Of a stretch of 64,000 nt of DNA, positions 17,462 to 27,571 are shown one piece after another; the first letter of the stretch is position 1, and every line of letters begins with the position of its first letter. Under the pieces are notes generated by a model. The model made no database searches and was not told where the DNA came from. It saw only the letters and a program-made list of their open reading frames with translations. The position numbers and the translations under genes are program-made. Source of the stretch: Deferribacterales bacterium (GTDB taxonomy: Bacteria; Chrysiogenota; Deferribacteres; Deferribacterales; Geovibrionaceae); the NCBI GenBank assembly GCA_050253075.1, contig JBFWJS010000005.1, positions 1 to 64,000 of the forward strand, written 5' to 3'.

Positions 17462-18766
17462 ATGGCTGAATCAAACAGGATAGAATACAAACGACAACTT
17501 ACTGACTCGCTTGAAAAAGAAGTCGTTGCTTTTCTGAATTATAAAGACGGTGGCGTTATATACATCGGCGTTGATGATTCAGGAAATCACTACCCCATTG
17601 AAGATTTAGACGATACTCAGCTTAAAATCAAAGACAGAATCAAAAACAATATAGAACCATCCACCATGGGACTCTTTGATGTATCAATTGAAAATGACTC
17701 TGTGAAAATAACTGTTGCCAGCGGTTCAGAAAAACCATATTACATCCGTAAGAACGGAATGTCCGAAAAAGGATGCTTTATACGTGTAGGTTCTTCTGCT
17801 GAACCAATGCCTAAACGTGCAATTGATAACTTATTCTCAAAACGCACAAGGAACTCCATAGGTAAAATAGAATCACCCAAAACACAACTAACCTTTGAAC
17901 AATTAAAAATTTACTATCAGGAAAAGGGAAAGCAGCTTAACGACCAGTTCGCATCCAACCTGGAACTGCTTACAGAAGACAAAAAATACAACTATGCTGC
18001 CTACCTGCTGGCTGATAACAACGGAATTTCTATTAAGGTGGCAAAATACAGTTCACTATCCAAAGCTGAGCTTATAGAAAACAATGAATACGGTTACTGT
18101 TCAATCATCAAGGCAACTAAGCAAGTATTAGATAAACTGGAGCTTGAAAACAAAACTGCTGCGCAGATTACCTCTAAAGAGAGAATAGAAAGTCGCCTGT
18201 ACGACCCTAGAGCTCTTAGAGAAGCCATAATCAACGCCATTGTACATAACGACTACTCAAATGAAAGACCACCAGTCTTTGAAATTTTCCCTGACAGAAT
18301 AGAAATCACTTCCGCCGGCGGCCTCCCCTACTCTTTCACAAAAGAAGAGTTTCTCGCAGGATATTCCGCTCCGAGAAATAAAGAACTGATGCGTGTTTTC
18401 AAAGACCTAGACCTTGTTGAACAGCTCGGCTCTGGTATCCCCAGAATCCTTGAAAAATACGATGAAAGTATATTTACGTTTACCGATAATTTTCTGAAGA
18501 CCACTTTTACAACCAATATGAGGTTGGGTGACAGGTTGGGTGACAGGTTGGGTGACAGGTTGGGTGACCTGAGCGTGAACAGACAGAATATCCTAGCTCT
18601 TATGATAGAAAATCCTGAAATATCAATCCCTCAGATGGCAGACAAAATTGGAATATCAGAAACAGCCATTCAGAATAATATTAAATTTCTGCGCGAAAAC
18701 GGCTATTTAGAAAGACAAGGTACTTTTGGCGGAAAATGGATTGTAATTAGAGGCGATCATGGGTGA
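17462..18766 (+). CDS. Schlafen/AlbA_2 domain + HATPase-like + C-terminal wHTH protein
   Basis: ESNRIEYK…EVVAFLN..GGVIYIGVDD; LREAIINAIVHNDY; PRNKEL…EQLGSGI; C-terminal HTH. Confidence 0.82.
   Translation: MAESNRIEYKRQLTDSLEKEVVAFLNYKDGGVIYIGVDDSGNHYPIEDLDDTQLKIKDRIKNNIEPSTMGLFDVSIENDSVKITVASGSEKPYYIRKNGMSEKGCFIRVGSSAEPMPKRAIDNLFSKRTRNSIGKIESPKTQLTFEQLKIYYQEKGKQLNDQFASNLELLTEDKKYNYAAYLLADNNGISIKVAKYSSLSKAELIENNEYGYCSIIKATKQVLDKLELENKTAAQITSKERIESRLYDPRALREAIINAIVHNDYSNERPPVFEIFPDRIEITSAGGLPYSFTKEEFLAGYSAPRNKELMRVFKDLDLVEQLGSGIPRILEKYDESIFTFTDNFLKTTFTTNMRLGDRLGDRLGDRLGDLSVNRQNILALMIENPEISIPQMADKIGISETAIQNNIKFLRENGYLERQGTFGGKWIVIRGDHG
18521..18568 (+). repeat. Four perfect 12-bp tandem repeats (AGGTTGGGTGAC; RLGD x4)
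   Basis: Direct reading; in-frame linker before the HTH. Confidence 0.95.
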
Positions 18767-19496
18767 AAATGAAGAATACGCCAAAGCAGTACAAGATCTT
18801 TCAAAATTAGGCATCAAAGGAATCGAAGCAATAGAAAAACTAGGTAGCTTTTTCTCAAAAGTGTTCAAAGCACCAATAGAAGAAATATCTGGCATGCTTC
18901 ATGATAGGTTACGTTTTTTTCGCTGGAAATGTCTGGTTAAGATAGTAGATGAGTCAAATGAGATTCTTGACAAAAAAGGCATCACTGAAACAAGGGCTGT
19001 GCCTCCTAAAATCGCTCTGCCAATTTTTGAAGAGGCTTCCCTTGAAGATGATCCAACCCTTCAAGCCCTCTGGAGTCATTTACTAGCAAATGCAATGAAT
19101 CCAGAATTTAATGATGAAATCAGGTATGGCTTTATTGGGATGATCAAGAATATCACAGCCATAGAAGTTAATGTCTTAAATATCCTGTACCAAAGACTAC
19201 CTAATAAGTTTCTAATAGATGGGCCTGAGATAGAAACCCACGCCCTAACCAAGTATGATATTATGGTACTTTTAGATATCAAATCAGATGTTTGCTCTAT
19301 AGCTATAAATAACCTTATGCGTATGCAGCTAATAGAGTATAAATTAATCAGACATAAACCTGTTGTTAGCGATAACGATAGAACATCTTATACCGCAACA
19401 ATGCATGTCGATTTGTATGCAGACTTATTCAATATCACAGATAATCTAGTACTAACGCCTCTAGGGGTAAAATTTGTCGAGGCATGCACACAATAA
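18759..19496 (+). CDS. Abi-alpha family (DUF4393) protein
   Basis: VPPKIALPIFEEASLEDDPTLQALWSHLLANA…NLMRMQLI…LTPLGVKFVEAC. Confidence 0.75.
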   Translation: MGENEEYAKAVQDLSKLGIKGIEAIEKLGSFFSKVFKAPIEEISGMLHDRLRFFRWKCLVKIVDESNEILDKKGITETRAVPPKIALPIFEEASLEDDPTLQALWSHLLANAMNPEFNDEIRYGFIGMIKNITAIEVNVLNILYQRLPNKFLIDGPEIETHALTKYDIMVLLDIKSDVCSIAINNLMRMQLIEYKLIRHKPVVSDNDRTSYTATMHVDLYADLFNITDNLVLTPLGVKFVEACTQ

Positions 19497-19507
19497 AAAG
19501 CTATAAA

Positions 19508-19609
19508 TACGGGAAAAAAGCATCAACACTGTATTCTCACTACTGAAGAAGAATAGCACTTATACCATCAACAGTTTCCTACATATCAAAAAGTTTTGGG
19601 TTCCAAGCC
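19508..19609 (+). mobile_element. Degenerate att-like site (att2)
   Basis: Core 19579-19609 matches att1 at 25/31; arm-like 19508-19527 matches 24284-24303 at 16/20; spacing is the same as at att1 and att3. Confidence 0.7.
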
Positions 19610-19759
19610 AGTCACCAAAATATTGAGGTTACTCCTGTTAAAAGCTCGCTGATATCTTAAACAAACAACAACAAAGACTTACTCTTAGCAGCACTTTGAT
19701 ATAGAAATCATAATATTATTAGTACTATAATATTATAGTTTTTCTTGAAGGTGGTATAG

Positions 19760-22700
19760 ATGAGTAATCCGAAGGGCGGTATCGCCGATAAAGAAGGCAA
19801 CAGATATGAAAAGTGGGCTGTAATCAGTAAGTATATTGAGCTGCTCGAAAATAAGATTGATTATGTGATTGTTGAAAAACTAGGACAACGGCACGCTGAT
19901 TTTATATGTAAAAAAGGCGATGAAATTTATAAATATCAGGCTAAAGCTAGAAAAGGCAATATACTTGTCTGGGATTTTCAAAGCCTCAAATCAATTTTAA
20001 AGAACGCAAAAGAGGATTTGGGCAAAGGCGAAAACTTCCAGAGATTTATACTATTTTCTCCGATCTCAGAAATTGATTATCACGACATGGCCAAAGGACT
20101 TCGTAACCATGGGCTGTCATTATTTTACAAAGATCAGATAGAGGGAAACACTTCCAATAAACCGAAATTCAATAGAATCAAAGAAGAATTCTTCACATCT
20201 GGCAATGATAATGAAGACATCTCTGACACTCTGGATTTTATCAGCCGCTTTGAATCACACACTATGGGCGATGACCAAAACACCAAAGGCTTGCTGATCA
20301 GATCACTTGGGTTATTACTGCTCGGGGAACCCAGTTCAGCTTTCAGCATTTTATATGAGTTTATAGACGAATCTTTCGGCAAAAAGGTTACATATGACAT
20401 CATAACTGACTATTTAGAAGAAAAGGGTTTTAAGTCAAGAGCTGCATCCTCAAAAAATGACATACAGCTTGTTAAGGAAAAAGCTCAATCATATCTCAGC
20501 AAATACAGAGAACGGCTTCTGGATGAAAACCTTTATTCACGTGAATATACACAGCAGATCATCGATTCTTTAAATGAAGGGAATGATATTCTGCTAACAG
20601 GCTCTGCAGGAGTTGGAAAAAGTGGTACGATCTTCGACCTGATCCAAACATTATCAAAGACACACCTTGTTTTCCCTATCAATGTGAACGATGAAACTAT
20701 AGGCGATAATATCAAACAGATGTCGACTGCATTCGGATTTGAGAACCGACTGGATTATGTGTTGCATGATATTAAATCAGAAAAAGAAATTATTGTTATT
20801 ATTGACCAACTTGATACAGCCAAAATGCTTAATGCTAACAAGGGCAATGTCTATTCCACTATTAAAAATTTCATTGAGTCACTCGACTTCATAAGAGGCA
20901 AGGAAAGCAGGGTTAAAATATTAATAACTTGCCGGAGTTTTGACTTAGAGAACGACCCAAGCCTGAAACAGTTAACTGATGAATACACAATAATAAACCT
21001 TGCGCCGCTATCGGAAAAGGATCTGACTGAAATTCTCAGTAAGAAAGGTATCGCCTATAAAACATTACCAAAAGAGACACAGAAGCTTATCGGTACATTT
21101 TTTCATCTTAAGCTGTTTTTGAAAGTATACGACAAGTCGAAACCACATCGGTATGCGACGAAGCTTGACTTAATGGGTGAATATATCAGAAAACTTGAAT
21201 CAAGCTTTCCTGAAATCAGGAATGCCCTTCTCAGCTTCGCTAACGCACTTATTATGAGAAAAGAAACCAGCAGACATAAAGATAAAATTGGCTGTACAGA
21301 AAAAGAGCTGAATATACTAAAATCCGCAGGAGTGTTTTCTGAGAAAGGCGATTTTATAAGCTTCGAACACCAAAGCTTTCTCGACTATTTCAGTTCATTA
21401 GACCTCAGTGAAAGACTGGAGAACAACATTGAAAACCTGCTAAACTGGCTTGGTGATAAAGACGATCAAACTCTTGCAAAAGCAGTTATTTTTTCTAATG
21501 CTCTCCAGATGATTACAGATAAAATGCTCATTGATGTTTCAAAAGCCATTCTCCCAAGCCAGGGTATACGATATCACATAAAACACACATTACTAAGCTT
21601 CTTATCTACAAAAGAAGACCCTGTGCAGCAACTTGAAGAATACATATATCAGCTTGCAATACATCCGAACTATCAGAAGATTATCTTTAACAGAGTGTTT
21701 TATCAGGACCGCTACATCAGCACGCTAATTAGTTCTGGAAAGCTTGAAGAATTGCTAAGTAACGGCAACTTCCTTGCATTAAATGTGATAAGCAATACAT
21801 TAAGACGAGCTGATAAGTATACTGACTTTATCCTAAGTTATGTTTTCCCTAACAAACCAGAGGCGATATATGAGCACTACCAATATGACCTAGAGAAAAT
21901 GCCTATTGCCCTGATGGACTCTTTCATCTCTCATGCTCCTGAAACATATTCAATTATAGAATATATGCATCTTAATACATCCGATGAGCTTGTAAATATC
22001 TGTAGTCTGTGTGCAAAAGCATTGGCAAAGACAGCCTATCAGCCCAGTAATAATGAATATAAAAATAAGATAATTGACAATGAGGATTTCTGCTTTCCGC
22101 TTAAGATGGAGTTTCATAGGATACCAACAAACAGCATAGATGCAACTGTAGATAATACCAGCAAAGAGCAGCTAACGGCTTGTTTCGAAACTCTGATTGC
22201 CCCACTTGTTGAATTGTTCTCTACTATCCCAGAAGAAAAGATATTTACAATAAATACAGACAGAGACGCAGTAGAGGATAAGGATATAATTGAAAATAGT
22301 TACTTTCTGCTCAAGCATATAGGCCGGAAGATTCTGACGCTGGATGAAGATTTTATCATGAAACATTTTAGAGCTTACTGCTCTAGTATGCATCCATATA
22401 TAAAAATACTTTTCTTTGAAATAATGGATGGTATCAGCAAGCCCGAAAACGCAAATTATATTGTAAACTGGCTTACAGAGAAAAAACTGTCCTATGATGA
22501 CTTGCACAGTATTACTATTAGAAACAACTGTCACTTTACTGGGCGGCTAATAGAAAAGATATCACATCTATGCAGCAGGGAAACTCTAAGGGAAATTCAG
22601 GAAATGGTGCTAAGCACCAAGCCGTATATGTATTACAAATCTATAGGTGACAAAGAACAGGAAGACCACTACTTAAAATACTATAAAGGTGAAGCTCAAT

Positions 22701-24277
22701 TTTTACTTCTTTCTAAATTACCCAAAAAAAGACTAATCAAACCTGCAAAAGAAGCTCTCAAAATCGCCACTGAAGGCTATGGTTCAAACAATCACTATTA
22801 TGAACCTATGGATTTTAAAATGAGAAAGGTTGTTTCTCCATTCCATAAGAGGGATGCAACTACAGAAGAATGGCTGAAAGTCATTACAGACCAAAATCTG
22901 AAAGAAGAAGACAGACTGTCAGAAAGAGAAAAGGATTCTGAATATTACTATGAACATTCTGTGAGAGCGTACTCCAGCGACTTTCAGGATGCAGTAATCA
23001 AACAGCCAAATAGGTTCCTAAAGCTTACTCAAGATCATACTGAGCAAGTCAGACCTGAGTTCATAGAGTCCATCTTTTCCGCACTGGAAAAATACTCAAA
23101 TAGGGACGTAAAGGAAGAAATTGATTATAAGCTGATGAAAAGCTTTATCATTAATTATTTTGATATAAACAATGATAACATTAGTAAAAGCTTCTGCAAT
23201 ATTACCAAACACAGATATTCTGATGATCTACCAGTATGTTTTTTATATGCTCTGCCGGAAATAGCAATGCATAAACCACAAAAAGCTATTGATATACACA
23301 ATACTGATCTTGATAATGAGGAGGCTCCTGCAGAAAGTATCGAACATGCAGCATACAACTCTGCTAGAGGCGAAGCCTTTTATACTATGAGCAGTCTGTT
23401 ATTTATAAATCACAACCTTTTCTCGATTTTCGAACCAGCTATCAGACAAGGTATAGAAGATCCGCAGCCAGCTGTTAGAATGGCTGTTATGTCATGTGTA
23501 GCCGCTGCCTACAATATAGACAAAGAGCTTTCGTTGCAAATGTTCAGACAGCTAATTCAAGAAGATTATAAGCCTGCTCTTAGCAGTTACGGTTCCGAAT
23601 ATGTTAACGTAATAGTATCGGAACAACCGGAAATATTCAGAGATATATACTACAGAATTCTTAAATCTGATAATGAAAAAGAGATAGTTAATATAACATA
23701 TGGAGCGACAGCTTACGAAATTTTTTACGGCCATTTTGAGGACTTAGTAGAGGCCTCTTTATCCCACTCGGAACAAGCCAGAAGAGGCGTGTTGAAAGGT
23801 GTACGGCAATGCTTATCAGAGTATTACGACAAGACTATAAGATGGCTGGAAAAATTGTTAGAGTATCAGGATACAGACTTTGATAAATTTGCACGGCTTC
23901 ATCTGAAAGAAATAACAGAGGATCATCTGAAAGATTTTTTGGGCAGACTTAGCAATGGGCAAATCACAATAAAGCTTTTACCCTATATAATTGACTCTAT
24001 AATAGATGGCGGGATTAGCTGGTCTGACTGTATCGTCGAAATACAGCTATGTATAATAGAGTACCTTAATACGCCAAACCAGAATGAACGACCATATGTC
24101 ATCAGTGAATTCTTCGAGAATATTACTACACTCATAAAGGGAATGTACGATCATTACTCATTATCCAAAAATAAAGGGCAAATTTCATTTATTTTGGATA
24201 TTTGGGATGAGATGCTTAAACAACAGAACAGGGCTTATACAGATATGCATAATAAACTTATGCAGGAAATGAACTGA
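19760..24277 (+). CDS. Avs/AVAST-like protein: N-terminal PD-(D/E)xK nuclease + STAND NTPase + helical-repeat sensor
   Basis: GNRYE…E…ADF…YQAK nuclease motif; Walker A GSAGVGKS; Walker B IIVIIDQLD; TCRSFD; FEHQSFLDY; HEAT-like tail (DPQPAVRMAV). Confidence 0.75.
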   Translation: MSNPKGGIADKEGNRYEKWAVISKYIELLENKIDYVIVEKLGQRHADFICKKGDEIYKYQAKARKGNILVWDFQSLKSILKNAKEDLGKGENFQRFILFSPISEIDYHDMAKGLRNHGLSLFYKDQIEGNTSNKPKFNRIKEEFFTSGNDNEDISDTLDFISRFESHTMGDDQNTKGLLIRSLGLLLLGEPSSAFSILYEFIDESFGKKVTYDIITDYLEEKGFKSRAASSKNDIQLVKEKAQSYLSKYRERLLDENLYSREYTQQIIDSLNEGNDILLTGSAGVGKSGTIFDLIQTLSKTHLVFPINVNDETIGDNIKQMSTAFGFENRLDYVLHDIKSEKEIIVIIDQLDTAKMLNANKGNVYSTIKNFIESLDFIRGKESRVKILITCRSFDLENDPSLKQLTDEYTIINLAPLSEKDLTEILSKKGIAYKTLPKETQKLIGTFFHLKLFLKVYDKSKPHRYATKLDLMGEYIRKLESSFPEIRNALLSFANALIMRKETSRHKDKIGCTEKELNILKSAGVFSEKGDFISFEHQSFLDYFSSLDLSERLENNIENLLNWLGDKDDQTLAKAVIFSNALQMITDKMLIDVSKAILPSQGIRYHIKHTLLSFLSTKEDPVQQLEEYIYQLAIHPNYQKIIFNRVFYQDRYISTLISSGKLEELLSNGNFLALNVISNTLRRADKYTDFILSYVFPNKPEAIYEHYQYDLEKMPIALMDSFISHAPETYSIIEYMHLNTSDELVNICSLCAKALAKTAYQPSNNEYKNKIIDNEDFCFPLKMEFHRIPTNSIDATVDNTSKEQLTACFETLIAPLVELFSTIPEEKIFTINTDRDAVEDKDIIENSYFLLKHIGRKILTLDEDFIMKHFRAYCSSMHPYIKILFFEIMDGISKPENANYIVNWLTEKKLSYDDLHSITIRNNCHFTGRLIEKISHLCSRETLREIQEMVLSTKPYMYYKSIGDKEQEDHYLKYYKGEAQFLLLSKLPKKRLIKPAKEALKIATEGYGSNNHYYEPMDFKMRKVVSPFHKRDATTEEWLKVITDQNLKEEDRLSEREKDSEYYYEHSVRAYSSDFQDAVIKQPNRFLKLTQDHTEQVRPEFIESIFSALEKYSNRDVKEEIDYKLMKSFIINYFDINNDNISKSFCNITKHRYSDDLPVCFLYALPEIAMHKPQKAIDIHNTDLDNEEAPAESIEHAAYNSARGEAFYTMSSLLFINHNLFSIFEPAIRQGIEDPQPAVRMAVMSCVAAAYNIDKELSLQMFRQLIQEDYKPALSSYGSEYVNVIVSEQPEIFRDIYYRILKSDNEKEIVNITYGATAYEIFYGHFEDLVEASLSHSEQARRGVLKGVRQCLSEYYDKTIRWLEKLLEYQDTDFDKFARLHLKEITEDHLKDFLGRLSNGQITIKLLPYIIDSIIDGGISWSDCIVEIQLCIIEYLNTPNQNERPYVISEFFENITTLIKGMYDHYSLSKNKGQISFILDIWDEMLKQQNRAYTDMHNKLMQEMN

Positions 24278-24283
24278 TTACTC

Positions 24284-24396
24284 TGCGGCAAAAATGCGTC
24301 AACTTTACTCAACGACTACTGATAAATATCCGACTTTTTAAACCGACCAGTTTTCTACGGATCAAAAGGTTAGGAGTTCGAATCTCTTCGGGCGCG
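24284..24396 (+). mobile_element. att3, right boundary of the island: displaced 3' half of tRNA-Arg(ACG) (24355-24396)
   Basis: CTACGGATCAAAAGGTTAGGAGTTCGAATCTCTTCGGGCGCG, 38/42 identical to att1. Host-type genes follow. Confidence 0.88.
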
Positions 24397-24401
24397 TTTA
24401 T

Positions 24402-24438
24402 AAAAGGCAGGATACCAAAAGGTACTCTGCCTTTTTTT
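24402..24438 (+). terminator. Probable native terminator of the tRNA gene
   Basis: AAAAGGCAG…CTGCCTTTTTTT hairpin plus T tract. Confidence 0.7.
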
Positions 24439-24536
24439 ATATCTTTCCATAGGATTCTAAGCCAAAAAGATGCAGTGATTTTCGCCACAAGGTTTCGGAG
24501 GGCTTTTCATCTGTTACCCATGTGCCACATTTGGAC

Positions 24537-24570
24537 AAAAAAAAGCCGGACATTTCTGCCCGGCTTTATT
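24537..24570 (-). terminator. Intrinsic terminator of the RRM gene
   Basis: A tract-AAAGCCGG…CCGGCTTT. Confidence 0.7.
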
Positions 24571-24594
24571 TACAACATTATATTATTAATGTGA

Positions 24595-24870
24595 TTAGTA
24601 TCTTCTGAAGTTTCCGCCGCGGTTTTCAGTCTTAGGCTTAGCTTCGTTGACTTTGATGTTTCTGCCATCAAGATCAGTTTCGTTAAACTTGTCGATAGCG
24701 GCTTTAGCGTGGTCATCGTTAGACATTTCTACAAAGCCAAATCCTTTCGAACGGCCTGTGTCTCTGTCTGTGATGATTCTTGCTGTGTCTACATCTCCTG
24801 CTTTGCTGAAAAGAGAGAAAATGTCGTCTTCTGTTGTTGAGAAACTAAGGTTACCTACATAAATATTCAT
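24595..24870 (-). CDS. RNA recognition motif (RRM) RNA-binding protein
   Basis: RNP2 IYVGNL and RNP1 KGFGFVEM. Confidence 0.95.
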   Translation of the reverse strand: MNIYVGNLSFSTTEDDIFSLFSKAGDVDTARIITDRDTGRSKGFGFVEMSNDDHAKAAIDKFNETDLDGRNIKVNEAKPKTENRGGNFRRY

Positions 24871-25377
24871 AATTATGCTCCATAAATTTTTTTGTCAAAA
24901 TGATCAGATCGAGTTCGGAATTTGGTACAAAATAGTTGAAAGAGGTGTTTAACCTTTCGGAAGCATGACTTAGAACAAATTTATGTGGCTTTTATTGAAA
25001 TGTATCAATAGATATGCTTAGTAAACTGCTGGTTATGATTCGGAAATCCAATTTAATTTAGTAACAACTTAAAACTTACATCAATGATTGATTGACTAAA
25101 GACACTATAGACTGTTGAGAAGTAATAGCAAGAACTATTTTTATTTATTTAAAAATAACTTACGAAATTTGAGAAATTTTCTTATCAAAAATCGCCATAA
25201 ACTGCTCTGCCGTATCATGTAATACAAAATGTCGGCTAACCGGTATTTCAGTACATTTTATCACTGCGCCGAGGTGACTACGCAAGTATTTATAAATAAA
25301 TATTTTTTCATTCACTCTGTTTTCATAAATCCAAAGGCCAGCGATTTGAAAGTCACGACACTATCTGATGGATCACA

Positions 25378-27093
25378 TTAAATAGACGGGATAGATATCT
25401 CAACGGCGGCGCCTCTTTCGGTGTTGAAGGCGTGTATCTTTCCGTTCATGTGGGTATGGATGATGACCAGAGCCTGATAAAGCCCGAGCCCTGTGCCCTT
25501 CCCTTCGTCCTTTGTGGAGAAGTAAGGGTTGAAAACCTTGCTAAGGGTGCCATCTTTAAAGCCTGTTCCGTTGTCTTCGATATGGATGACAATGTCATCA
25601 TTCTCTTTATTTATGTTCATATGAATAAATTTTTCAGACTGCATATCCTGACCGAATTTTTCATCTATTGCGTCGATAGAGTTATATATGATGTTTGTTA
25701 TCACCTGTTTAAATTCGCCTTTGAAACCCTTTACAAATGTTTCATTAAACTCGCAGCTAGGAAAATCGTCGATGAAGACATGCTGAGTGTTTTTCCTCTG
25801 ACATTTGCATGACACGTAGAGCTTTATCCCCTTAGAGTGGAGCTGTATATTTATCAGTCTGAGCAGAGCGAGAATCTCTTCCACAGCTTCAAACTCGGTT
25901 TCCCTCTCATCAGGTTTAAAGAAATTCCTGAAATCATCTATTATGGAAGACATCTTTTTCACGATCTTCATCTGGCTCTCTTCGAAGCTGTCCATTATCT
26001 CTTCGGTCAGCTCGCCGTTGCGAAACATATCTGCGATGGACTGTGCTTGCAGACCGATATTGTTCAAAGGCTGGCGCCACTGGTGGGCTATGGCGTTTAT
26101 GACCATACCGAGGTCGGACAGCTTCTTCTGCTCGAAGATTATCTCCTCTTGAATGCGCCTTATGGCAAGCTCTTCCTCTACCCGCACTTTAAGCTGTTCG
26201 TTCAGCTCTTTGAGCGAGTTTTCGAGCTCTTTCATTTTTGTAATGTCTTTTGAAACGTTCAGAATGACCTTTTCGCCGTTGAATTCCTGTATGCTGGCAG
26301 ACATAAGCCCGTGGATGACTTCTCCGTCTTTTCTGACAAAGTCCGCAGCCAGATTTCGATAATATCCATTCTCTTTCAATCCTCTGACAAGCTCAAGGCG
26401 GTCTTCTGGATTTTTCCATATATCAAGATCGAGTGAGCTTTTGCCTATCACCTCGTCCTGTGTATATCCCATAATGGCGGTGAAGCCGTCATTGACCATG
26501 ATGTATCGCCCGTCTTCGATGGAGTTCAGGTTGATGGAATCCTGACTGGTCTTAAATGCATTTATAAAAAGCTCTTCGTTGAGCTTTGCTTTCTTTTCTG
26601 ATTCTTCCAGCTCGGATATTTTGAGCAGCAGGTCCTTTGTCCTGTCCTCTACCTTCTTTCCCAGTTCAGCCGTCAGCCTCTCCAGCTCTGCATTCTTTTC
26701 CTTAAGCATGGCTTCCTGCTTTTTCTTATAGGTGATATCAAGCAGATAGTTAACCGTTACCTCAATATCGTCTATGATGTAATAGTTTGAAACAACTTCT
26801 ACATTCAAAAGAGAGCCGTCTTTATGTCTTAAGACTGATTCGACTTTATTAACCTTAACCATGCAAACAATCTCGAAATATTCATGCACATCAGATATAT
26901 CAGCATTAATATCTATATCGCATATATTTTTGCCCGCAATCTCATTCGAGTGATATCCGAGAAAGGCAGTAACAGCCTTGCTGATTTTGAGAATAACCCC
27001 GTCTCTGTCTATCCATAGAACAGGCAGATAAGGATTCTCCTCCATTTTGCTCAATAAGTCTTTCATAGTTTCATCTTTGTATTTAATAAACAC
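25378..27093 (-). CDS. PAS-domain sensor histidine kinase
   Basis: Two PAS regions; H-box IAHQWRQPL; DNGTG; GTGLGL. Start codon uncertain. Confidence 0.9.
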   Translation of the reverse strand: MFIKYKDETMKDLLSKMEENPYLPVLWIDRDGVILKISKAVTAFLGYHSNEIAGKNICDIDINADISDVHEYFEIVCMVKVNKVESVLRHKDGSLLNVEVVSNYYIIDDIEVTVNYLLDITYKKKQEAMLKEKNAELERLTAELGKKVEDRTKDLLLKISELEESEKKAKLNEELFINAFKTSQDSINLNSIEDGRYIMVNDGFTAIMGYTQDEVIGKSSLDLDIWKNPEDRLELVRGLKENGYYRNLAADFVRKDGEVIHGLMSASIQEFNGEKVILNVSKDITKMKELENSLKELNEQLKVRVEEELAIRRIQEEIIFEQKKLSDLGMVINAIAHQWRQPLNNIGLQAQSIADMFRNGELTEEIMDSFEESQMKIVKKMSSIIDDFRNFFKPDERETEFEAVEEILALLRLINIQLHSKGIKLYVSCKCQRKNTQHVFIDDFPSCEFNETFVKGFKGEFKQVITNIIYNSIDAIDEKFGQDMQSEKFIHMNINKENDDIVIHIEDNGTGFKDGTLSKVFNPYFSTKDEGKGTGLGLYQALVIIHTHMNGKIHAFNTERGAAVEISIPSI

Positions 27094-27202
27094 GCCCTTT
27101 AGTCACTATAAAACAGTAGTCATTTATTACTATTATACTCACTGACTAAACCGCAGGGCAATTCTATTTATGTATGGTATAAAATTTTAGCTGTAAAACT
27201 TC

Positions 27203-27559
27203 CTAATCGTCAAGTCCAAGCTCCCGCAGGATAGCGATAATATCGTTATACACTACAGGTTTCATCATATAAAAGTTTACATCGGGGCGGATAGTCTCTT
27301 CCATGCATGCCGTGACGGCAATGATTATTTTGTCTTTATCCTTACTCCGTATGTAATCTATCACCTCATATCCGTTCATCTCCGGCATTATGAGATCTGT
27401 TATCACTATGTCTGGGTTATACTTTTCATAAATCTCGACCCCTTCCTTCCCGTCTACGGCCATGTAGAGCACCTTAAACTTCCGCTCAAACTGCATCTTC
27501 ATCAGCACACTGGTCAGAGGATCGTCTTCTATATATAAAACACTAAGATCTTTAAGCAT
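27203..27559 (-). CDS. Single-domain response regulator
   Basis: YIEDD, TDLIMP, KP. Confidence 0.9.
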   Translation of the reverse strand: MLKDLSVLYIEDDPLTSVLMKMQFERKFKVLYMAVDGKEGVEIYEKYNPDIVITDLIMPEMNGYEVIDYIRSKDKDKIIIAVTACMEETIRPDVNFYMMKPVVYNDIIAILRELGLDD

Positions 27560-27571
27560 ATTCCCTTCCGC

